The notes under the pieces: model-generated
What the model was told of the DNA's origin: nothing
The model's input: the letters and a program-made list of their open reading frames with translations, nothing else
Database searches by the model: none
In this document: positions 1-6,125 of the stretch, piece after piece
Layout: each line of letters begins with the position of its first letter
Position numbering within the stretch: the stretch's first letter is position 1
Source: a virus
Reading direction: 5' to 3' (one strand)
Length of the DNA stretch: 16,550 nt
Virus genome (UHGV): UHGV-0152507
Translations under genes and position numbers: made by a program

Positions 1-53
1 TCGGTGGACCGTATTTCCTGTGGTTAATACTGCGTAGCCGGAGGGTGTCATGA
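1..53 (+). CDS. 3' end of upstream host gene, probably the hemin ABC permease (HmuU-like); only the last ~16 codons are in the window
   Basis: Open frame from window edge ends with TGA at 51..53, forming an ATGA overlap with the hmuV start at 50..52 (typical permease/ATPase coupling). Too short to identify by sequence. Confidence 0.4.
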   Translation, partial: GGPYFLWLILRSRRVS

Positions 54-820
54 TCGTCGCTGAAAATCTGGTCTACCACATTCAGGAAAGACGACTGACC
101 GACGACGTTTCCCTGACGCTACCTGATGGAGAGATCATCGCGATTCTTGGCCCGAACGGAGCCGGGAAATCGACGCTGCTACGCCAGCTTACGGGATATC
201 TGCAGCCCCACAGTGGGCGTTGTAGCATGTTTGGCAAGCCGCTGGACAAGTGGTCAATCACCGAGCTGGCAAAAACCCGTGCCGTGATGCGCCAGAATAG
301 TCATATGGCCTTCCCGTTTAGCGTTCAGGAGGTCATTCGCATGGGCAGACATCCGTATCGGACGCGCAATACGGGCGATGAAACGGAGCACATCATGGCA
401 TTGTGTGATTGCCAGGCGCTGGCCGCACGCGATTACCGGCATCTGTCGGGAGGAGAACAACAGCGGGTACAGCTGGCGCGCCTGCTGGTTCAGCTTTGGG
501 AGCCCGAGCCTGGGCCGAAATGGCTGTTTCTTGATGAACCCACCTCCGCGCTGGATATTCACCACCAGCAGCACCTTTTTCGTCTGCTACGTCGTCTGGT
601 GCGTGAACGGCAGTTTAACGTCTGCTGCGTCCTGCACGATCTCAACCTCGCGGCGCGCTATGCCGACCGCGTGGTATTGATGGAGCGCGGCAGGATAGTT
701 GATAACGGATATCCGCAGGATGTCCTGAAGCAACGGTCGCTGAACGCGCTGTACGGTGCCGATCTCACGGTCATAAATGAACCGGAGCATCGAACGCCGA
801 TTATCGTCCTCAATCAATAA
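50..820 (+). CDS. hmuV: Hemin/haem ABC transporter ATP-binding protein (HmuV/ChuV family)
   Basis: 256-aa ORF with Walker [13 protein letters not shown] signature LSGGEQQRV and Walker [12 protein letters not shown]. Overall resembles enterobacterial HmuV/ChuV as recalled. SD GGAGGG upstream of ATG. Confidence 0.9.
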   Translation: MIVAENLVYHIQERRLTDDVSLTLPDGEIIAILGPNGAGKSTLLRQLTGYLQPHSGRCSMFGKPLDKWSITELAKTRAVMRQNSHMAFPFSVQEVIRMGRHPYRTRNTGDETEHIMALCDCQALAARDYRHLSGGEQQRVQLARLLVQLWEPEPGPKWLFLDEPTSALDIHHQQHLFRLLRRLVRERQFNVCCVLHDLNLAARYADRVVLMERGRIVDNGYPQDVLKQRSLNALYGADLTVINEPEHRTPIIVLNQ

Positions 821-826
821 CAGACC

Positions 827-856
827 GGGAACCCCTGGCGTGGCGTTCCCGTTTTT
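827..856 (+). terminator. Probable rho-independent terminator of the hmu operon
   Basis: Inverted repeat GGGAAC (827..832) / GTTCCC (845..850) followed directly by GTTTTT (851..856), just after the hmuV stop. Confidence 0.5.
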
Positions 857-973
857 CTCCCTTTACACCCTTTTTTCACCTTTTCTAAAAACGCCCTTGA
901 CCTTCCCCTTGCTGGGAGGTTTTCAAGTAGCGCAGTACCGCAAGGCACTGCGCCAATTCAGTATTTTACAGAC

Positions 974-1996
974 TTAACTAACCCGCAAAACCCCCGCATT
1001 GCCTCCAGAGTGTGGACGCAATGTGGACATTCCACTAAGGGGATTATAACTCACCGCATCCAGTAAATAGTCCGGCGCGAAGTGAGCATAGGTCATAGTT
1101 TGCGATATGTCGGAATGACCAAGAATTCGTTGTAACGCGATAATATTTCCGCCCTTAATCATGAAGTGCGTGGCGAACGTATGACGTAGCGCGTGCGCGG
1201 CTTGCCCATCTGGAAGATTGGGCTTTGCTTCTTTCATGCGCAGACGGAAGGTTTTATAGCTCACGCGGAACAGTCTTCCCGATTCCTGATGTTTCACTAT
1301 TTTTGCAATGTCGTCAGATATGGGGACCACACGCCGATCTCCGTTTTTAGTGATCGTAAACATCACCCTGTTACCGACAATGTTTTCCGCTTTAAGCTGG
1401 TAGGCTTCACCCCATCGAGCACCGGTAGCAAGCAGCAGAACGGCGATGCGGTAGTAATCACCTGAGCACAGGGATAGCAGCCGGTTTACTTCCGACTCAG
1501 TGAAATACGACATTTCCGTTTTTGGCTCTTTCAGCGCTGAAATTGCTGTTACCGGGTTTTCACCGTGAAACTCATCAATTTCGGCCATAGCTTTAAACAC
1601 ACCACTAAGTGCAAACAGGTCATGATTTATCGTTGAAGCCTTGATCCCTTGCTCCAGCCTATATGCCCGGTAATCAATAAGACATCGCGCATCAATCTGG
1701 TAAATCATGGGATCCCCCATATCGTGGCAAATACAGTTAACAGCACTAAGCCTGCGGTTTGCGTAGTTCTTATTCCGTCCGATTAACTGCCACCATAACG
1801 CGATAAATTCGCTTAGTTTTCGCTTATCAGCCGGTCTATTTAAAAAATCATGGTTCTGATACTTGGCAATAATGCTTCGCTCAAAAGCGTGCGCATCTGC
1901 CTTTCTCTCAAACTTCCGCCGAATGCGCTTTCCGTCGCGCCCGCGCGGCCTGACATCCACTTCATAGCGACCATCTTCGAGTTTCTTAACGGACAT
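974..1996 (-). CDS. int: Tyrosine integrase, P2 Int-like
   Basis: N-terminus MSVKKLEDGRYEVDVRPRGRDGKRIRRKF closely resembles P2 Int. C-terminal catalytic motifs HALRHTFATHF and LGHSDISQTMTYAHF (tyrosine nucleophile). Start chosen at ATG 1996 with SD GGAGGG 7 nt upstream, rather than the TTG at 2011 in the ORF track. Confidence 0.9.
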   Translation of the reverse strand: MSVKKLEDGRYEVDVRPRGRDGKRIRRKFERKADAHAFERSIIAKYQNHDFLNRPADKRKLSEFIALWWQLIGRNKNYANRRLSAVNCICHDMGDPMIYQIDARCLIDYRAYRLEQGIKASTINHDLFALSGVFKAMAEIDEFHGENPVTAISALKEPKTEMSYFTESEVNRLLSLCSGDYYRIAVLLLATGARWGEAYQLKAENIVGNRVMFTITKNGDRRVVPISDDIAKIVKHQESGRLFRVSYKTFRLRMKEAKPNLPDGQAAHALRHTFATHFMIKGGNIIALQRILGHSDISQTMTYAHFAPDYLLDAVSYNPLSGMSTLRPHSGGNAGVLRVS

Positions 1997-2065
1997 AAGA
2001 AAACCCTCCAACAGTCAGATCACTATCCTGGTAACAAATAGTGAAAATGTAATGTTTATATAATG

Positions 2066-2368
2066 TTAACCAGTCTTTTTCCCGGAGGGGTCTGATTGAA
2101 TTTCGTCTTGCCCATTGTGTGCGAGAGCCGGTGCTATTTGGCCTCGGCTCGGATCTGTACGGTCGTACATGAACCAATCCTGATACTTATGGAATCGGGG
2201 ATGACCAAAGAGTTTGATCGCAGCATCTAATGACATTTTTGATTTGCCTAATTCATATCCATTATAGGTTACGGGATTTACTCCAATTAAATCAGCAACT
2301 TGTTTCGATCTAAGTCTTTCAGAGTCTCTTATCAATTGAAGCTTTTCACTTTGGCACATTGACTTCAT
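2066..2368 (-). CDS. C: Immunity repressor, P2 C-like
   Basis: 100 aa. C-terminal half SRGQIAPALAHNGQDEIQSDPSGKKTG matches the P2 C tail (QIAPALAHFGQ...SGQKTG as recalled). N-terminal HTH region is similar. Lies upstream of and co-oriented with int, as in P2. Confidence 0.85.
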   Translation of the reverse strand: MKSMCQSEKLQLIRDSERLRSKQVADLIGVNPVTYNGYELGKSKMSLDAAIKLFGHPRFHKYQDWFMYDRTDPSRGQIAPALAHNGQDEIQSDPSGKKTG

Positions 2369-2403
2369 CTATCTATTCTCTTATCGTCTATCTAAATAGA
2401 TAC
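2366..2403. promoter_or_regulatory. Candidate repressor operator in the divergent C / early promoter region
   Basis: Direct 8-bp repeats TCTATCTA at 2368..2375 and 2387..2394 (19 bp apart). The second is part of the palindrome TATCTA-AA-TAGATA (2389..2402). P2 C is known to bind direct repeats about two helical turns apart at Pe. Confidence 0.4.
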
Positions 2404-2487
2404 AGCAAGCGACATTAGACGCTCACCACCAATGAGGCTTGCTAGTGCTAAAGATGCCTCAGCAAGCCTCAACGAAGGAGTCTATCA

Positions 2488-2949
2488 ATGAAAGAAATCC
2501 GAGAAAACGAATTAAATGCGAGATCTCAGTATTTACGTCAGTTTCCGTTAGATGGTGCTCGCGTCGCACGAATCTGCAAGATGACAGAAGCGCAAGCAAA
2601 CGCTATTCGCGATATGAACACCGACGAACTGCAAAAGCAGGTTTTCGTTACACCTGTTGAATTTGCATATCTGACGGGCCGGACTCTTAAGTCAGTACGT
2701 AACTTAATGGATCGTGCTCAGTTACCGGTCCACCGCGAAGGGATGCCGGGTTCCAAACGTCCTAAGCGTTTCATCATGCTGCAAGAGTATTGGGACGCCG
2801 TAGCACACTGCCGCGCACTAATTACCCCAGAAGAAAAGCACTACATCGATCGTCTGATGCGCGACAAGAAAACATATCGCCGCGTAACTGGTAACAATCA
2901 TCAGACGCATACGCGCACAAGCCGCAATTCAGCAAGGGCTGTCGCATGA
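2488..2949 (+). CDS. cox: Cox-like excisionase/early regulator with N- and C-terminal extensions
   Basis: Internal segment PVEFAYLTGRTLKSVRNLMDRAQLPV aligns with P2 Cox (EFAKLIGKSTGAVRRMIDKGKLPV as recalled). First gene of the rightward operon; strong SD GAAGGAG 7 nt before ATG 2488. At 153 aa it is longer than P2 Cox (91 aa); a later start at the in-frame ATG near 2581 is possible. Confidence 0.7.
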   Translation: MKEIRENELNARSQYLRQFPLDGARVARICKMTEAQANAIRDMNTDELQKQVFVTPVEFAYLTGRTLKSVRNLMDRAQLPVHREGMPGSKRPKRFIMLQEYWDAVAHCRALITPEEKHYIDRLMRDKKTYRRVTGNNHQTHTRTSRNSARAVA

Positions 2950-3404
2950 AAAACAGCAAATCAGTAAACGAACTTATTTCCGCTGTGAATGAGTTTTTGC
3001 GTAACAGCAACCCAGAGCGCTTGATCGATAATGGCATTCACGAAGCCTTATGCAACCTCGTTGATGCCGTAAGCCAGCAACAAGAAGAAATCGACTCCCT
3101 GCTGGAACGGCTGAATGCGCATAGCCCCGTTAATAGCGCGATAAAGGAAGAATCCGGTACTGTATTTCGCCGCCGCTATTACCGCAATGGTGTTCACGCG
3201 GGAAATGTTTATTTCCGAATTGAAGCGTTTGAAGGGATTAAAAGTTGGGCAGAAGAACTAAGGGCTGATTTTGAATCTTGTCTTAACGATTTTATTTCAC
3301 GACTTCACCCTGAACACCGTGCTTGCTTCGTTTCTACAGTAATAAGTCGCGCCCACAGTTTGACGTCGGAAGAGAAAGCGGAGTGGGAGCGACTTCAGAA
3401 GTAA
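2946..3404 (+). CDS. Hypothetical early protein carrying a portal-like FRRRYY-NG-HAG motif
   Basis: 152-aa ORF; ATG overlaps the cox stop (ATGA at 2946..2949). Contains TVFRRRYYRNGVHAGNVYF, which matches TIFRRRYYNNGAHMGFILY in this prophage's portal and the corresponding P2 Q segment as recalled. Confidence 0.7.
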   Translation: MKNSKSVNELISAVNEFLRNSNPERLIDNGIHEALCNLVDAVSQQQEEIDSLLERLNAHSPVNSAIKEESGTVFRRRYYRNGVHAGNVYFRIEAFEGIKSWAEELRADFESCLNDFISRLHPEHRACFVSTVISRAHSLTSEEKAEWERLQK

Positions 3405-3410
3405 AAATGA

Positions 3411-3641
3411 TTATTTATTTGCCGTCGCATTTGCAGGGCTAAATTGCATCAGCTCCTTATAGAGTTTCTGCATATGCGGATTGTCCATTTCTTTCAGTGA
3501 CTTCATAACCCTTAAAGCGTGCTCATGTGACTGAGAGAAAATGGATAGGGCTAGGGCCATTTTTAATGCACTGATTTCGCCGTTGATGTCATTGAGATCA
3601 GTTTCAAAAGTGACGTTATTGACTTGATAACTATTGCTCAT
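3411..3641 (-). CDS. Hypothetical small protein (76 aa), antisense to the early operon; moron-like
   Basis: Good SD (AAGGA, 6-nt spacer) before ATG at 3641. Visibly AT-richer than its neighbours. Sits between plus-strand genes, with a 136-bp non-coding stretch on its 5' side (3642..3777). Confidence 0.6.
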   Translation of the reverse strand: MSNSYQVNNVTFETDLNDINGEISALKMALALSIFSQSHEHALRVMKSLKEMDNPHMQKLYKELMQFSPANATANK

Positions 3642-3777
3642 TTTTTTCCTTTGCGTTGGTAAAAGTTATGCCTGATTCACCGCTCAACGTTTCACAGGCA
3701 TAGCGATGTTAGCACAGGAAACACGCGCCGGGCGTGGGGTTATATCCCGGCACTTTTTCAATTTGACGGAGATCAAC

Positions 3778-3999
3778 ATGGACTTAACACAATGCCCTTC
3801 ACTTGCCAGCCTGCTAACCCACGGCCAGCAGATCACCCACCGTCAGCATCAACGCGGCTGGATTGAAACCCCGGACGGGCGTTTCTTCCAGCCTAAAGCA
3901 GCAGATGTTCAATTTATTAAAAACTGCCGTTTACCGTTTATGTCGCGCCCGCGTAATAAGCGCCGCTGGTTTTCCCGCTTAATGGGTATCTTCGCGTAG
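3778..3999 (+). CDS. Hypothetical early protein (73 aa)
   Basis: ATG 3778 preceded by GGAG with a 6-nt spacer. The longer form from ATG 3706 lacks a convincing SD. No recognisable motif. Confidence 0.5.
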   Translation: MDLTQCPSLASLLTHGQQITHRQHQRGWIETPDGRFFQPKAADVQFIKNCRLPFMSRPRNKRRWFSRLMGIFA

Positions 4000-4014
4000 T
4001 TCGGGGAGGTGGTT

Positions 4015-4404
4015 ATGTTGATGGATAAGACAGGACAACAGCCAGGCCGCCGCCAGTTCTTAGAGCAACGGGCGCGGCTGCAAGCCAGTTTGAACGCCTC
4101 ACGCGTGAATGACACTGCAACCCGTTTTAACCGCCTGGATGATGCCTGCAAAAAGGTGATTTTCATCCTGGCAAACGATGCGTCCAGATACATAGCCGGA
4201 ATGCCGAAGCTGACCGCCAAACAGTTGGGTTGCACTTACGAAAATCTAACCGAAAAGGAGCAAACGTGCCTTTTGATGGGCATTAAGCGCCTTTCCGAAT
4301 TTGCAGCATCAATGCCGTGGGAATTTGAGGACTACGCCGCACCACGCGCCGAAATTCAGGCGATACGCGACAAACCACCCGCGCCAGATAACGCAGTCAA
4401 TTAA
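4015..4404 (+). CDS. Hypothetical early protein (~129 aa)
   Basis: ATG 4015 with SD GGAGGT 4 nt upstream (the ORF track starts at GTG 4009). Codon usage is like the neighbours. No motif recognised. Confidence 0.6.
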   Translation: MLMDKTGQQPGRRQFLEQRARLQASLNASRVNDTATRFNRLDDACKKVIFILANDASRYIAGMPKLTAKQLGCTYENLTEKEQTCLLMGIKRLSEFAASMPWEFEDYAAPRAEIQAIRDKPPAPDNAVN

Positions 4405-4474
4405 CAACTAACTACCCACAAAAAAGAAACAGGCGCTAACGCGTCGGGCTTCTTGCACCCTGGAGAAAGTAAAA

Positions 4475-5479
4475 ATGATTCGATCTCTCGTTAAATGGCC
4501 CGGTGGTAAAGGCCGCGTTATGCCTGATTTGCTGCCGATTCTGCCGAAAGCCGATTGCCTGGTGGAACCGTTTGTCGGCGGAGCTTCTGTTTTCCTCAAT
4601 ACTGAATATCGCCGTTATATCCTGGGTGATATCAACCCAGATTTAATTAACCTGTATCGCCAGATAACCCGCTGGCCTGATGCGGTGATCGACGCTGCTC
4701 GCCCGCTGTTTAAAGTGTACGGTGATAAAGACGGCTATAAGTGGATCCGCGACGATTTCAACGCCCGCGCCCATGACCTTCTGTCATCGCGCAATGTGTT
4801 TGAGGACGGACCGGACGCGGGCAAGATTCTTCGTGCAGCACAGTTTCTTTACCTGAACCGTCACGGATATAACGGCGTAGTGCGCTACAACCAACAGGGC
4901 GGATATAACGTTCCCTTTGGTAGACACAAAACCCCGCCTTACTTCCCGGAAGAACAGATCCGTTTATTCTCTGAAAAAGCTAACGACACGAAAGCTATTT
5001 TCGTGTGCTGCGATTTCCAGAGCACGTTAAAAATCATGATTGGTAGTGACGCGGTTATCTACTGCGATCCGCCATACCTGCCAGCAAGCGACACCGCTAA
5101 TTTCACCCAATACCACACCGCCCCGTTTGGCATTAAAGAGCATCGCCAGTTAGCTGCCGCCCTGCTGGATATTAACCGCCTTACTGGTTCGCCGGTGATC
5201 CTGTCCAATAGCGACACCCCATCTACCCGCGAGATTTATCGCGCTTTCAACTTCCAGGAAATCAGCGTTAACCGTTCTGTCAGCGCGAACGCCATTACCA
5301 GAGGGGCCGCCAGTGAAGTGATCGGCGTGCTGCCTGTCTGTGATGGCTGCGGGCGCTATGAAGGTGGTCACTGTGCGAAATGTTGCCCAGGTATCGCCGC
5401 ATGTGAGGAGGGATGGTCGTTTGATTGTCGAGGCAACTGCGATATTTGCGAGCCGTCCGATAACCCGGAAACGTGGTAA
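4475..5479 (+). CDS. dam: DNA adenine methyltransferase (Dam family) with a C-terminal Cys-rich extension
   Basis: AdoMet-binding motif EPFVGGASVF near the N-terminus and catalytic DPPY (CDPPYLP), with Dam-like sequence throughout. SD GGAGAAAG. The last ~50 codons (5330..5479) encode ten cysteines that are not part of a typical Dam. Confidence 0.9.
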   Translation: MIRSLVKWPGGKGRVMPDLLPILPKADCLVEPFVGGASVFLNTEYRRYILGDINPDLINLYRQITRWPDAVIDAARPLFKVYGDKDGYKWIRDDFNARAHDLLSSRNVFEDGPDAGKILRAAQFLYLNRHGYNGVVRYNQQGGYNVPFGRHKTPPYFPEEQIRLFSEKANDTKAIFVCCDFQSTLKIMIGSDAVIYCDPPYLPASDTANFTQYHTAPFGIKEHRQLAAALLDINRLTGSPVILSNSDTPSTREIYRAFNFQEISVNRSVSANAITRGAASEVIGVLPVCDGCGRYEGGHCAKCCPGIAACEEGWSFDCRGNCDICEPSDNPETW

Positions 5480-5495
5480 TAGCGAGGGATCTGCA

Positions 5496-6125
5496 ATGAG
5501 AAAAACACACGAATTAAAGATTTGGCCGGAGTTTTTTCAACCTGTTATGGACCGCGTGAAATACGCTGAATTGCGCCTAAATGATCGCGACTATAGCGCG
5601 GGCGACGTTTTGTTTTTGCGGGAGTTTTTACCCGCTAGCGGCAAATATTCGGGCAGCTATAACGTAGTAATAATATCTCATGTCGCTGATGTATCGGCGT
5701 TTATGCCGGGGTACGTCCTGCTTAGTTTCACTTCTTTCGTTACGCGCGGCGCTAACTGGCCTTTCCATAAGCCAACTACAGTGGAGGCTGCTGTAACTGC
5801 GGAAGATACTGGTTTTCTTTCGGCGCTTGTCGCCTGCGAGCCTCCCTGTAGCGTGATTCACCAAATGGCACGCCGACTGCTTGATGAACATCCATCGCTT
5901 CCAGTGTCCGAAAAATCTGATCTGTTGCCATGCCCCTTTTGCGGTGAAGCGGCTTTCTTTGACTCTATTTTTGATTACCAGTCAGAAACGCGTGTTTATG
6001 CCCCGTCTTGTACGGAGTGCTCATGCGAATTGATGGACGGCCCGATCATTAACAAATATGGGCGCGGTTGGTATGCCTCAAAGCAGGATGCCGCCGAAGC
6101 CTGGAATAAAAGGCGCTCGCAATGA
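5496..6125 (+). CDS. Two-domain protein: N-terminal DUF3850-like (ASCH/PUA-like) domain fused to a C-terminal Lar-family restriction-alleviation-like domain
   Basis: N-terminus MRKTHELKIWPEFFQPVMDRVKYAELRLNDRDYSAGDVLFLREF matches the DUF3850 hallmark as recalled. C-terminus LPCPFCGEAAFFD...SCTECSC...AAEAWNKRR matches the Lar-family pattern (CPFCG ... C-x2-C ... AWNRR). SD GAGGGA before ATG 5496. Stop overlaps the next start (ATGA at 6122..6125). Confidence 0.8.
   Translation: MRKTHELKIWPEFFQPVMDRVKYAELRLNDRDYSAGDVLFLREFLPASGKYSGSYNVVIISHVADVSAFMPGYVLLSFTSFVTRGANWPFHKPTTVEAAVTAEDTGFLSALVACEPPCSVIHQMARRLLDEHPSLPVSEKSDLLPCPFCGEAAFFDSIFDYQSETRVYAPSCTECSCELMDGPIINKYGRGWYASKQDAAEAWNKRRSQ

Noticed and set aside
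254-574. 106-aa minus-strand ORF within hmuV
   Set aside because: Antisense shadow of a conserved ABC ATPase gene.
1997-2011. TTG start for the integrase at 2011 as given in the ORF track
   Set aside because: The ATG at 1996 has a strong SD and gives an N-terminus matching P2 Int.
3706-3777. Longer start for the 73-aa ORF at ATG 3706
   Set aside because: No convincing SD. The ATG at 3778 has GGAG at the right spacing.
5340-5495. N-terminal extension of the DUF3850-like ORF back to 5340 (MMAAGAMKVV...)
   Set aside because: Ala/Arg-rich off-frame-looking sequence that overlaps the Dam Cys-rich tail. The ATG at 5496 has a proper SD and starts exactly at the conserved DUF3850 N-terminus.
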